Shown: positions 31,948 to 42,134 of the stretch, piece by piece
Position numbering within the stretch: position 1 is the first letter of the stretch
Layout: the number at the start of each line of letters is the position of its first letter
Virus record (IMG/VR): IMGVR_UViG_3300033181_000231
From: a virus
Direction: 5' to 3' (one strand)
DNA length: 64,000 nucleotides
Translations under genes and position numbers: made by a program
Notes under the pieces: model-generated
What the model was told of the DNA's origin: nothing
Database searches by the model: none
What the model saw: the letters and a program-made list of their open reading frames with translations, nothing else

Positions 31948-34422
31948 GTGGGGATTTGGTCGCACACTCCGCAGTACCGTTTGATTGTCCGGCAAAAAGG
32001 CGCTGAGTGGTCATTGCAGAGCGCGCAGGCCACGGTCGTCACGGCCCCCGATCAGGTCGGGACGGCCACGTTCGTCGTGGCCGATTACACCGGCTTCATT
32101 CGCGAGACGATCAAGCCGCGCGCCCGTAACCTCGTGGAGTTGTGGTCCAACAATCGCTTCGGGCAAACGGGGCGCTGCTGGACGGGCTACATCAACGAGC
32201 GCGGGGTATCGCTCGATCCACAGAGCGGCGACAATGTGACACTGCGCTGCACATCGCCCGTGGCGCTGTTCGAGCAGACGCACCAGACGCCCGGACTGGC
32301 GGCGACGGTCGCGTTGCAATACGCCGCAAACGTGACGGGCTCACAAATCCTCCGGCTCGCGGCCAAGGCCAGCGGGTATCCGTCCAGCATGATCCACGTT
32401 CACCCGTTGGCCGACAGCGGCTCGGGCTACCAAAATATCAACGGTGCGGTGTTCACCTCGCCTGACCTTCAGCCGTGGGCGGCGGTTGTTTCGGCGATTC
32501 AACGTAATTCCGGGATCGAGTGGTTTTTTGATGAGGCGGGCGCGTGCATCTGGCGGCAGGTCAACTTCGTCGAGCCGTGGTTTCCCGTCGGCCGCAATGA
32601 GCCGCGCACGATCAGCGCGGACGACATTCTGGGCGCGGACTTCATGGAGGGCGATGAGGGTGTCGTCACGCGCGTCGAGGTGCGCTACTTCGCCAACGCG
32701 GGGCTGACGGGCGACACGGCGGGCCATTGGACTGGCCCCGCCTCGATGGAGAAGCAACTCGGTGTGCGTCAGTTTGTTGTTTATGAACCGTATATCCTCT
32801 CCAAGGCGCAGGCGGCGTATGTTGCGGAGGTGTTAGGGCTTCAATATGGCGCGGGAGCCGCGACCGCGAGCGTGCTCATCCCGGCCGACCCGCTGATAAC
32901 AGTCGGCAGCCTCGTCCAGTTGCCCCTTATCGGTACGCATGACCAGGCGGTGTACTACGTCAGCAGCGTCCATTACATGCTGGAGTGGGGCGGCGGCTGG
33001 AACATGCTCTTGACCCTCGCGTATGGTCGCTCCCCAACCGAGTCATTCCCCTACATCGGCAGCGCGCCATTTCCCGTGCTCGGCCGCTTGAACGCGCCGA
33101 CAACACTACAGGGGAAGGTTTTTGAGGGGGCGTTCGATGTCACGGCACGGACAATTATTGTCGATCGCACACTGGACCCCAACACCGCTATCACGACCCT
33201 GTACCCGCCAAACTCAACCATTCAGGTCTATGTGGCGGGCCGGGGCGGCGGCGCGCTCATCGGCGCATCGACCAGTGGCGAGTTTACAACGTCCTTCGGG
33301 ACCAAGGGGTTCGACGACATCACGATCACCCTCTCGTCGAATTCCATCGGCGGCGGGCAGAGTGCGACAAAGGGGTATGTGACCCTGCTTGCCGTGGGAC
33401 AGGCAAAACCCGCGTACTCAGCCGACACGACCGCCCCCGCCACCACGACCTCCCCTATCGTCGATACGGCCCCGTCCGGCCAGGCCACCGACCTCCAGTT
33501 GGCGCGCTGGGCCAAAGCGGCGGGCATCCCGCCCGACCAACAAGCCATCTCCGTCGCCATCGCCATCGCAGAGTCGGGAAAAGTGATCGCCGCCCGGAAC
33601 GCCACGTCGGGCGCGGCGGGTCTGTGGCAAATCCTGCCCAGCGCCCACCCAACCTACGACGTGGCGCGCCTGTTGAGCGACGGGCCGTACAACGCGCAAG
33701 CCATGGCGGCTATCTACAAGGACACGCTGACCAGGAACGGTACGCAGTGGACCGACTGGGTCACGTACACGTCGGGGGCCTATCTGGGGTACATGGCCGA
33801 GGCGAAGGCGGCGGTGGCGCAGGCCACCGGCAACGCCACGACGGGAGCGGGACCGACCCCGCCAGACAGCACGGGCGGTTCGCCCACGGGCGGGACGCCG
33901 CCCGTCTCGTCCGGCAAGCCTGGCTCCTTCGCGGAGATGGCGCTGGAGACGGCCTTTACGCTGCACAAGATGCCCTATAGCAGCGGCGACGCGGGTCCGG
34001 ATCGCGCCGATTGCTCGGGCCTCGTGGCGTTTGCGTTCTATTCGTTGGGGATGGGACATCTCATCGCGGGAACGTGGGCGACCGGCCAGCACTCTGACGT
34101 GGGGCCGGAAGGGGTGTACGACTTCTTCCTCGCGCACGGCGCCACGAAATGCCACCCGTCCGAGGCGGTGCGCGGCGACCTCTTATTTATCGCCGACGTA
34201 CCGACGCAACCGGCCGGGTCCGGGTTGGTGTTTGCCAACAGTCAGCGCGGTTTCATTCATGTCGGGTGGTGCTGGGGACCGAACCAGAACTATGGCGCCG
34301 ATGGGCCAACGGGAGCGTTTCCCTACGTCGCCGCCACCGACACGTTTCATAACGGCCCCTATGGGTTCAGTCGCGCCCTCCGCATGGGCGCCGTCACACT
34401 AACGGGGTGCATGACGGGGTGA
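31948..34422 (+). CDS. Baseplate hub fused to SLT/lysozyme-like and NlpC/P60 domains
   Basis: N-terminal hub. 'AIAIAESG...NATSGAAGLWQI' (lytic transglycosylase). 'PYSSGDAGPDRADCSGLV...HVG' (NlpC/P60). Confidence 0.8.
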   Translation: MGIWSHTPQYRLIVRQKGAEWSLQSAQATVVTAPDQVGTATFVVADYTGFIRETIKPRARNLVELWSNNRFGQTGRCWTGYINERGVSLDPQSGDNVTLRCTSPVALFEQTHQTPGLAATVALQYAANVTGSQILRLAAKASGYPSSMIHVHPLADSGSGYQNINGAVFTSPDLQPWAAVVSAIQRNSGIEWFFDEAGACIWRQVNFVEPWFPVGRNEPRTISADDILGADFMEGDEGVVTRVEVRYFANAGLTGDTAGHWTGPASMEKQLGVRQFVVYEPYILSKAQAAYVAEVLGLQYGAGAATASVLIPADPLITVGSLVQLPLIGTHDQAVYYVSSVHYMLEWGGGWNMLLTLAYGRSPTESFPYIGSAPFPVLGRLNAPTTLQGKVFEGAFDVTARTIIVDRTLDPNTAITTLYPPNSTIQVYVAGRGGGALIGASTSGEFTTSFGTKGFDDITITLSSNSIGGGQSATKGYVTLLAVGQAKPAYSADTTAPATTTSPIVDTAPSGQATDLQLARWAKAAGIPPDQQAISVAIAIAESGKVIAARNATSGAAGLWQILPSAHPTYDVARLLSDGPYNAQAMAAIYKDTLTRNGTQWTDWVTYTSGAYLGYMAEAKAAVAQATGNATTGAGPTPPDSTGGSPTGGTPPVSSGKPGSFAEMALETAFTLHKMPYSSGDAGPDRADCSGLVAFAFYSLGMGHLIAGTWATGQHSDVGPEGVYDFFLAHGATKCHPSEAVRGDLLFIADVPTQPAGSGLVFANSQRGFIHVGWCWGPNQNYGADGPTGAFPYVAATDTFHNGPYGFSRALRMGAVTLTGCMTG

Positions 34423-34454
34423 CGCAGCGGTGTCAGGAAAGGGAGGAGCGGCGT

Positions 34455-34934
34455 ATGCGTCCGATGCAGCAGCAGCCGCTCCCCGCCCCTCGGCGGGCGC
34501 AGGTCCTTGGCGTCGGGAACGATGGGTCGCTCATCGTGCGCTACGGCGACAGTTTCCAGGGCGGCGCGCCGTTCCCCGCGCCACGCATGGGCAGCACGCA
34601 ATCCGGCTTCCAAACCGTTCCGGTCAAGGACGCTAACATGCTCGTGCTGGCCGAAGGGTACGGCCATGGCCTCCCGGTCGGCGGTATCTCGGTCGGCGAC
34701 GCGCTGCCGTTCCTTGAGGGGAAGCATCCCCACCTCAAACCGGGGGAAAGTTGCATCTTTGGCCCCGACGGGTCGATCCTCTCGTACCTTAGAGCATCGG
34801 GGCCAATTGTCCTCTATCAGAACCATGATGGATCGGTGGCGCTTACGATTGACCCCGTGACGGGCGTCGTGGCGCTGACCCACCCCGCAGGCGGGGGCTT
34901 CAAGGACAACGGGACCACGATCGCGGCGCCCTAA
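34455..34934 (+). CDS. Baseplate spike/assembly protein (gpV/Mu gp45-like)
   Basis: 'HLKPGESCIFGPDGS'. Synteny. Confidence 0.6.
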   Translation: MRPMQQQPLPAPRRAQVLGVGNDGSLIVRYGDSFQGGAPFPAPRMGSTQSGFQTVPVKDANMLVLAEGYGHGLPVGGISVGDALPFLEGKHPHLKPGESCIFGPDGSILSYLRASGPIVLYQNHDGSVALTIDPVTGVVALTHPAGGGFKDNGTTIAAP

Positions 34935-34952
34935 AGAGCGTGAGGAGCAGGC

Positions 34953-35462
34953 ATGGCGACGATGGTTCCTCCGACGCCCACGAACGACATCGCGCTGGCC
35001 TACGGACCGCCCCCGGCGGGCAGCGGCGTCGTGGGGACGGTCGGGTTCGCGCTCGACCACGGCGGGCAGGCGCGCACGGTGGCCGACGCCGACCGCGCTA
35101 TCCAGGACGCCCGCCTGTTTCTGACCCTGCCGCAAGGGGCGTGGTTCGCGGACCCGGCCGACGGCAACGCGCTGTACGGCGCCGTGGGCCTGCCCTCCAC
35201 GCCGGGGACGCCGCTGGCGACACACGCGGGCGACATGCTGCAACAGGCCGAGGCGGCGTTCCTGCAACGCCAGATCGGGGAGGTGGCGTCGGGCTACCTC
35301 GGTCTCGGCGCACAGGTTCAGAGCCTCACGCTCAACAGCGCCGCGTTGACGCCAGCGGGGATTATCGACCTAGGCGTCACGGCCACGACGGCGACCGGCG
35401 CCACGGCCGGGGCGGACGCGCTCTTTAGCGGTGGCGGGAACGGCGGGAATGGGGGCGGCTAA
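34953..35462 (+). CDS. Baseplate wedge protein (gp25/Mu gp46-like)
   Basis: 'IQDARLFLTLPQGAWFADPADG'. Synteny. Confidence 0.65.
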   Translation: MATMVPPTPTNDIALAYGPPPAGSGVVGTVGFALDHGGQARTVADADRAIQDARLFLTLPQGAWFADPADGNALYGAVGLPSTPGTPLATHAGDMLQQAEAAFLQRQIGEVASGYLGLGAQVQSLTLNSAALTPAGIIDLGVTATTATGATAGADALFSGGGNGGNGGG

Positions 35463-36578
35463 TTGAGTCTCAACGACGCCTACGCGCGCTTCACGGGACG
35501 GCTTGGCCCCAACGCGCCGACCATGGCCTTGAACCCCGAAGCGGTGCTCATGCGCGTCGCCAAGGCGCTCCTAGCCGAGGCCGAGGATGTGCGCGCCAAG
35601 GCGGCGGCGATCACGCCCGCGCTCCATGTCGATACGGCGCAGGGCAACGACCTCATCCAACTGGCGGCCGATAAGGGCGTCCCCGTCGGGACGGGCCACG
35701 CTGCGTCCGCGACCGGCGTCTTTACGGTCCAGACGGCGGCGGCCACGGCGCAACTCATCCAGGCGGGCACGGTCATCTTTATCCCGGCCACCAGTACGGG
35801 CGTCGCCCCAGTCCTCTATCAGAGCCTCACCGACGTGGTGCTGTCGGCCGGCGCCACGTCGTCGCCCGCCGTGACCGTGACCTGCACCCAACTGGGCACG
35901 ATCGGCAACGCCGCCGCGCCCGCGATCACGCAGACGCGCGACCTGCCGGGCGTCGGGTTCACGCAGCAGACCGACGCCGTGGGGGGTATCAACCCCGACA
36001 CAGACGACCAGATTCGCGCCGCCATCCGGGCGGCGCTGGCGATCCACGGCGGCACGGCGGCGGTCGAGACGGCCATCCTGGCCGTTTCCGGCGTCTACGA
36101 CGCGCAGGCGTTCGATCCGCAGGACGGTACGGGCAAGGTCAATTATCTATGGTCCGACGCCTTGGGCTTACAAGCGCAAATAGGCCTGGCGGCGGCGGTG
36201 CAGGCAGCGGCGCTGGGCGCGGTCGATCTGACGACGATCCTCCAGAGCGGGACGTTCACCGTCGTCGCGCTGACCGACGTGGAGGTGAGCTACCGCGCGC
36301 CGGCCGCCGTCGTCTCGGCGTCCATCGAACCAACGATTATCGCCGCCGTCGCGGCCTACGTGCAGGGCGACGGCGTGACGCCACGCTCCGGCCTGATCCA
36401 CGGGCAACCCGTTGATTCGTCGGGCGCGTTTATGGAGGCGCAGGAGGCGACCGGCTACGTCGTCACGTCGCTCACGATCACGGCCACGACGCCCGCCGCG
36501 ACCGCACCCACGCCGACGACGCTGTACCGCCTGACGGGCAACCCGTCGTCGGTGATCCACCTGACGCGCCTCCCGTAG
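35463..36578 (+). CDS. Baseplate J-like protein
   Basis: 'VDTAQGNDL..LA', 'VTCTQLGTIGN', 'GGINPDTDDQIR', 'GGTAAVETAILAVSGV'. Confidence 0.85.
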   Translation: MSLNDAYARFTGRLGPNAPTMALNPEAVLMRVAKALLAEAEDVRAKAAAITPALHVDTAQGNDLIQLAADKGVPVGTGHAASATGVFTVQTAAATAQLIQAGTVIFIPATSTGVAPVLYQSLTDVVLSAGATSSPAVTVTCTQLGTIGNAAAPAITQTRDLPGVGFTQQTDAVGGINPDTDDQIRAAIRAALAIHGGTAAVETAILAVSGVYDAQAFDPQDGTGKVNYLWSDALGLQAQIGLAAAVQAAALGAVDLTTILQSGTFTVVALTDVEVSYRAPAAVVSASIEPTIIAAVAAYVQGDGVTPRSGLIHGQPVDSSGAFMEAQEATGYVVTSLTITATTPAATAPTPTTLYRLTGNPSSVIHLTRLP

Positions 36579-36635
36579 GCTACTGGCCGCGCCTGCCCTA
36601 TCTATGGTCGTCGTGTCTCGTGAGAGGTGGTCTCA

Positions 36636-38408
36636 ATGCTACGGTTCGCTTCGCTCTTTGGCGCGGACTACAATGCGGCCGGTTTGACGCACAGCTACCT
36701 CGACTACGCCGTGACCGTCTCACCGGACGGCCACCCGCGCATCGTGCCCGCCCGGACCATCACGACGACCGTGACCGAGACGGGCGCGCAAGCCGTCGGG
36801 GGCACACCCCCGGCCGGGACACCCGCGATCACGCGCGGCAACAGCTACGGGGTTGGGGCGAACGCATGGGCCGCTTACGCGGGCCTCTACGCGCTGACCG
36901 GACAGGCGGGCGACACGCTCACCTTCACCACGACCGCGCTGCAAATTATCGTCACCTTCGCCGGGATGATGACGATGGGCGCGGGACTCGGGATGGGCGC
37001 GGGCGCCACGCTCGGCGGCATCAAGAACGGCGCGAAGGCCACCATCAGCGTCGATGGGGCGGTTCTCTACGCGGTTGACACCTACAACACAATCGCGTCC
37101 GAGGCCGTTTTTCTGGACGGCCTGTCGCACACGGTGACGATCACGCACACGGGCAACTATAACAGCGCCGTGTCGCCCATCGGTCCTATCACGCCCGTCG
37201 GCGGGACGGCCAACACGGTCAGTCAGGCGCTTGTCCTGACGGCCGTGGCGCGGCCGACGTTCGCGGCGGCGCGCTGGCGCTTTCAGGCGACCGACGCGAC
37301 GCATTACACCGTCACGCGCATCGACGGGAGCGGGACACCCTATGGGACGCTGACGGCACTCACGACGGGCACGCATTATAGCGGGATCGTCCCAGGCGTC
37401 GATGTGTTCCTGCCCGTCACGATCATCCTCGCGGCGGGTGACACGGCCACGGCGACAACCGACCCCGCCGTCATCGCTATCGAGAGCATCGCGTTTGGAA
37501 GCGGGTCGGGCGCGGGCCAGAGCGGGTACACATCGGCCGTCTACGACCTGGGCACGAGCGCCATGCGCCCATACCTCCTGGAGTGGCGGCAGGACGCGCT
37601 CGGCGCGGTCACGGGCGTCACGGTGGACGTGGGGCCGACGCCCACGCCAGACGCCGCGTGGACCTACGGCCTCGCTCCGGCGCTGGGGGGCTACACGACC
37701 GCCGATGGGGCGTCCTACGGCACGGCGGGCCTCTACGCCGCCGTCACGCGCCCGTGGCGCTACCTGCGCTACACCTTCGCCTTCGGCGGCGTGACGACGA
37801 TGCAGCCGTGGATCGGCGATGTTCTGCTGTACGCGTGGGACCCTATCCGTGACCGCATCCCCGCGCGTCTGGCTCTGGGGCAGGGCTATGTCTTGGACGA
37901 TCCGACAGCGGCGTACCTAGCGGCGTTCGCAGCCGAATACGCCGACCTTGACGCCCTTCTCGATGGGGCGCGGGCGGGGGCCAGCATCAGTGGGGCAACC
38001 GACGCGGCGCTGGCGGGGCACCTGGCCGACCTGGGCCTGGCGCGCGTCACGGGCGAGCAACCCGTGACGGCGCGGGCGCGGGCGCGGGCCGTGACCAGTA
38101 ATTCCGTGGGCGCGCTTTCGCTGCCCACGGTCACGGAAGAGATCGCTCTGCTGGTTATGGGACAACCGGCCCCCGTCACGATCATGGGCGCGCCGGGGAG
38201 CATGCAAGCGACGTGCGGCGGGGTCGTCGTGACGCAGAATGGGGCCTACCGCTACACCGTGACGATCCCCGGCGCGCCCTATGCGGGCCTGCCCGGCATC
38301 CCCGTCGGGTTACCCACGACCCCCGGCAGCGCGCAATACCTCATCGCGCAACATGTGACGACGACCCTGCGCCCGGTCGGATCAGTCCCGACGATCACCT
38401 TCCTGTAG
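36636..38408 (+). CDS. Tail/baseplate protein with C-terminal gpI-like wedge segment
   Basis: Follows J. Beta-rich N-terminus. C-terminal 'ISGATDAAL..HLADLGLARVTGE....RAR'. Confidence 0.6.
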   Translation: MLRFASLFGADYNAAGLTHSYLDYAVTVSPDGHPRIVPARTITTTVTETGAQAVGGTPPAGTPAITRGNSYGVGANAWAAYAGLYALTGQAGDTLTFTTTALQIIVTFAGMMTMGAGLGMGAGATLGGIKNGAKATISVDGAVLYAVDTYNTIASEAVFLDGLSHTVTITHTGNYNSAVSPIGPITPVGGTANTVSQALVLTAVARPTFAAARWRFQATDATHYTVTRIDGSGTPYGTLTALTTGTHYSGIVPGVDVFLPVTIILAAGDTATATTDPAVIAIESIAFGSGSGAGQSGYTSAVYDLGTSAMRPYLLEWRQDALGAVTGVTVDVGPTPTPDAAWTYGLAPALGGYTTADGASYGTAGLYAAVTRPWRYLRYTFAFGGVTTMQPWIGDVLLYAWDPIRDRIPARLALGQGYVLDDPTAAYLAAFAAEYADLDALLDGARAGASISGATDAALAGHLADLGLARVTGEQPVTARARARAVTSNSVGALSLPTVTEEIALLVMGQPAPVTIMGAPGSMQATCGGVVVTQNGAYRYTVTIPGAPYAGLPGIPVGLPTTPGSAQYLIAQHVTTTLRPVGSVPTITFL

Positions 38409-38447
38409 TCCGTTCCCTCGCTTGCCCGTAGCCAAAGGACACACGCT

Positions 38448-39290
38448 ATGACCCAGTTCGCCGATCAGGGGTCGGGGGGATCGCCCGCGGGCACGCCCGT
38501 CGATGCCGCGCACTTCAACGCGCTCGTCGTGGCGGCGGGGCACATCCAGGCCGGGACGATCCCCACCTCGTACTCCGGCACGAGCCTGACGATCACGGTT
38601 CCGGCGCTCACCGCCATCGTACCGACGGGGACCGAGGCCGCGCTCTCGGTCGCGATGGCCGCGACGACACTGACCGTGGCGGCCAGCATGGACACCTACG
38701 TCGATCTTGCGGCGGGGGGCGCGTACACCCAAACGGTGGTGGCGACGGGGACGACGCCGCCGGCCGTCGCCGCCACCAGCACGCGCCTATATAAGGTCAT
38801 GGCGAACGCGACCGGCGTGACGGCCATCGTCGGCGGCACGCCCCCCTTTGCCACCGCGGCCCCCGTCTCCGGCGCGATGGTGCAAACAGGGACGGCGAAC
38901 GGCGTGGCGGGCCTGGACAGCGGGGCGCGTTTGCCCGTGGGGCAGTTGCCGACGAACATCACGGTCGGCGGCAAACTCACGCTTCCCACGACCAACTACA
39001 GCAACGTGGCCGGTGGTGGCGGTGTGGTCGCTGTCGGCGCGGCCCTGTCGGGCAACGTGCCGGTTAATAACGGCATCGCCAACGGCACGACGTGGCAGAT
39101 CAACACGACGGCCGCGACAGCGGGATCAACCGTCGTTGTGACGCCCGCCTGCGGCGCCATCACCAATATGGCTTTCGTCGTCCAGTCCAACCCCGGCGGC
39201 GGCAGTTTCAACGTCATGCTCAACACGACGAACGGCGCGGCGTTGAACGCGGCCGGCGCGTTCTATTGGGCCATCGTCAGCTCTCTCTAG
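38448..39290 (+). CDS. Tail fiber protein
   Basis: 'GTANGVAGLDSGARLPVGQLP' fiber motif. Thr/Gly-rich. Confidence 0.65.
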   Translation: MTQFADQGSGGSPAGTPVDAAHFNALVVAAGHIQAGTIPTSYSGTSLTITVPALTAIVPTGTEAALSVAMAATTLTVAASMDTYVDLAAGGAYTQTVVATGTTPPAVAATSTRLYKVMANATGVTAIVGGTPPFATAAPVSGAMVQTGTANGVAGLDSGARLPVGQLPTNITVGGKLTLPTTNYSNVAGGGGVVAVGAALSGNVPVNNGIANGTTWQINTTAATAGSTVVVTPACGAITNMAFVVQSNPGGGSFNVMLNTTNGAALNAAGAFYWAIVSSL

Positions 39291-39326
39291 CTTGTCTACC
39301 CGCCCGTCGTCCGAAGGAGCATCCCT

Positions 39327-39707
39327 ATGTCCACCACCCCAACCCCAACCCCACCGTCCCCGCCGCCGTTCGGTCCCGGCGACGACACGCGCGGCGAACG
39401 CGAGCCGGGCACCAACGACCTGCTCGTCTCGGCCACGATGCGCTACGGTGGCCTGGCCCCCGACGCGCCCCTCATCAAGCATCGTGTCCCCGCGTTCCAT
39501 GCGCTTCTCTACCACAAAGCGTGTGCTGTCCTTAAGGTAGAGGATCTCGTTGACTACAACGCCGCGACCAATCCCAACCCCGTTCCAACCGACGCCGACG
39601 TGGCGCGCCTCGTGGGCCTCATCCAGACAATCGAGACGTGTATCACACCAGATAAGCCACCGACGCCGCCCACGGTCGTGACGGCTCCCGCGTTCAATCT
39701 ATCCTGA
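39327..39707 (+). CDS. Hypothetical protein
   Basis: AAGGAG RBS. Confidence 0.6.
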   Translation: MSTTPTPTPPSPPPFGPGDDTRGEREPGTNDLLVSATMRYGGLAPDAPLIKHRVPAFHALLYHKACAVLKVEDLVDYNAATNPNPVPTDADVARLVGLIQTIETCITPDKPPTPPTVVTAPAFNLS

Positions 39708-39721
39708 GAGGAGGCCAGCCC

Positions 39722-39847
39722 ATGACCCTCTACGCCGCCTCTCAGTTCGGCATATCCGTCGTGGACGACGCGATACGCAAGATACAGAGCACGACCAGTC
39801 AGGGCACTGGCATCGCCGACCTGCCGAGATCGCAGGTTGCGTTTTAG
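39722..39847 (+). pseudogene. Truncated diverged copy of the 5' end of the 40750 gene
   Basis: MTLYAASQFGISVVDDAIR... versus MVLYAASQYGTSFVDDGIR...; own GGAGG RBS; stops after 41 aa. Confidence 0.7.
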
Positions 39848-39855
39848 GAGAGCCT

Positions 39856-40308
39856 ATGTCTGTCATACCGAACGACCCCATCGTTGACCAAAAGGCCGCA
39901 ATGCCCCAGAACGACAACGCTGCCGACGACGCCGAGGATACGCAAGAGCGCGACCGTGACCGTGACCGTGTCCCCTACGTGGGTGCTGATGTGCTGTACC
40001 ACCTCCCACCGCGCTGTCGTCATGAGGGCGATCTCCGGCCAGCCAAAGTCGTGCGCGTTTGGTCCGCAGGCATAGTGCAACTTGTCGTGTTTACAGATGG
40101 CCTGAACGACGGACTTGATCTAGTCCACTCGGCGTCATCAGTCACCAAAGGTAGATGGGCGGGGCAGTGGGAATGGCCGCTGTGTAACGAGGTGATTCCA
40201 AAGCAATCTGGCCTCACGGCGATCGTGGCGGCAAGGACACGACCTGAGAGCAAACGTTCTGCCGCCTCGTGTCGCCCTGGGCATAGGCGCGTAGCGCCCG
40301 CACGCTGA
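39856..40308 (+). CDS. Conserved-looking phage hypothetical protein
   Basis: 'PYVGADVLY...RPAKVVRVWS...QLVVFTDG.ND...G.WEWP'. Confidence 0.6.
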   Translation: MSVIPNDPIVDQKAAMPQNDNAADDAEDTQERDRDRDRVPYVGADVLYHLPPRCRHEGDLRPAKVVRVWSAGIVQLVVFTDGLNDGLDLVHSASSVTKGRWAGQWEWPLCNEVIPKQSGLTAIVAARTRPESKRSAASCRPGHRRVAPAR

Positions 40309-40321
40309 TCGCTTAGCGTCC

Positions 40322-40570
40322 ATGGGAGATTCTATGTCTACACAACCACAACCACAACAACCGTCGTATCGAGACCCAAGCGTGCAGGAAACAGATAGTC
40401 ACTTCGACACGGTCTACGACCTTGTACAACAAGCGTGCGTGGACTATGCCAAAGCTGAGAGCATGGCTGACCCCATGGATAAGGGGAACATGCAGGAGGG
40501 CATCGTCGCGACGGGGGCTGTCGCTATCGTGGCGTACTACGAAAAGCATCTCACGGACCCTAGCGGTTAG
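40322..40570 (+). CDS. Hypothetical protein
   Basis: Compact acidic helical ORF. Confidence 0.5.
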   Translation: MGDSMSTQPQPQQPSYRDPSVQETDSHFDTVYDLVQQACVDYAKAESMADPMDKGNMQEGIVATGAVAIVAYYEKHLTDPSG

Positions 40571-40749
40571 CCGCTAGGGTAAAGGGGCGTCTGCGCTAGA
40601 TCATCGGCGGCATGACTTTGTCGTTCACTTTCTCAGCCTTGATCATCGGCAAATAGCCGACGCCCCTCCCGATACCGCCGCTGCCGTTCGGCCCTGGCGT
40701 CACGACAATCACAACAGATCCAAGCCTTTTGTTTTAGGGAGGGGCGCGC

Positions 40750-41328
40750 ATGGTCCTCTACGCCGCATCCCAATATGGCACGTCGTTCGTGGACGACGGT
40801 ATCCGCGCCTCACAGCGCATGACGGGCCAGAGTTCGGGCCTGGTCGGCCTCACGCCTGCCGAGGAGCCAACCCACAGCTACGACATCCGTGTCTGGCCCG
40901 ACGGCCACGCGCGCGCCATCGAGGCCAAGCCGTTCTTTGTACGCCAGTTCGACCCCATCACAGCTAGTCCGCGCGTGCGCCTGCGCCGCGTCCCCTGCTC
41001 TGAGGCGCAAGAGGAGGCGGTGTGGAACGAGTTGCTCAGACATGTGGGCCAGTTGTACGACTTTGCGGGCGTGGCGCTCCTGGGCGCTGACCTCGTGCTG
41101 CGGCATCCCTGGAGCATCAACAAGACGACGCACCGCGTGTTCTGCTCGGCGATCTGCATGATGGCTTGGCGCGCGGCGGGCGTGCCCATTCTGGGCACGA
41201 CGCCGCCGGACATGGTGTGCCCCGCGCTGCACGAGTTCGGGCAGGACGCGGAGGGCTGGCCGGTCGAGGCGCGGTCCATCCCGCGCCTGCTGGCTGACGC
41301 CGCGCGGGGTGTGGCCGTCCCGGTGTAG
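40750..41328 (+). CDS. Permuted papain-like (YiiX/YaeF-type NlpC/P60) amidase
   Basis: His ('THS') precedes Cys ('YDF...VFCSAIC'), the permuted order. Confidence 0.7.
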   Translation: MVLYAASQYGTSFVDDGIRASQRMTGQSSGLVGLTPAEEPTHSYDIRVWPDGHARAIEAKPFFVRQFDPITASPRVRLRRVPCSEAQEEAVWNELLRHVGQLYDFAGVALLGADLVLRHPWSINKTTHRVFCSAICMMAWRAAGVPILGTTPPDMVCPALHEFGQDAEGWPVEARSIPRLLADAARGVAVPV

Positions 41329-41408
41329 GCCTGCCCACGCCCACTCCATGTCCCTTACGCCGTCCCCATCGAGCCGTCCTAACGCCCACGTAGAGAGGAC
41401 GATAGGCC

Positions 41409-42128
41409 ATGATAAACGAGCCCGTTCAAGGACAACAGACGGCGCCCGTCCCCGAGGAAGTGGGCGTCAAACTGCGGCTGACCGACTTGATCGCCAACTT
41501 TCGCGCCTTCGTGGCGGAGGCGCGACGGGAATATGAGCGCATCGAGGAGAAAGCGGCCGCCGCGCTCGTGGCGCACTGTCTCGAAGTCGCGCAATGGCGC
41601 GACGGGCACGTCAAAACTCACGAGGACATCCAGAAGACCTTTGTCTATCTACACGGCCTGTCCAAGGAGGAGCAAGCGCGGGTCGAAACGTCGCTGACGG
41701 GTATCCGGCAGGCGGATAAGGCCGACCTCCGGGAGGCGATGGAGACCCACCAGCGTGAACACGCCCGCCAGCGCGAGGCGGACATGCTGGCAGACGGAAA
41801 GATGGATACGCGCCTGGAGAGCATGAACGGCTACAGCCGCACCTTCCGCGAGATGCAGCAGTTGAGCGTGACGCGCGACCAACTCGACGATAAGGTTAAC
41901 AGCGTCATGACGAAGGTGGACACCGCGAACAGCGCGAACGGGCAGGGTGTCACGCGCGTGGAAGCCGCGCTCAACGCGCAGGTGCAACGCCTGGAGGCGG
42001 CGCTGGTCGATCTCCAGACGAGCCGCGCGCAACAGATCGGACGCAGCACCGCGCTCTCCGGCATGATCGGCGTCGCGACCTTCGTGATTAGCCTCCTGGT
42101 TGGGATCGGGCTCCATTTTATCAAGTAA
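41409..42128 (+). CDS. Coiled-coil protein with C-terminal TM (holin/XhlA-like candidate)
   Basis: Long heptad region. Final 'MIGVATFVISLLVGIGLHFIK'. Confidence 0.55.
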   Translation: MINEPVQGQQTAPVPEEVGVKLRLTDLIANFRAFVAEARREYERIEEKAAAALVAHCLEVAQWRDGHVKTHEDIQKTFVYLHGLSKEEQARVETSLTGIRQADKADLREAMETHQREHARQREADMLADGKMDTRLESMNGYSRTFREMQQLSVTRDQLDDKVNSVMTKVDTANSANGQGVTRVEAALNAQVQRLEAALVDLQTSRAQQIGRSTALSGMIGVATFVISLLVGIGLHFIK

Positions 42129-42134
42129 GCAGTG

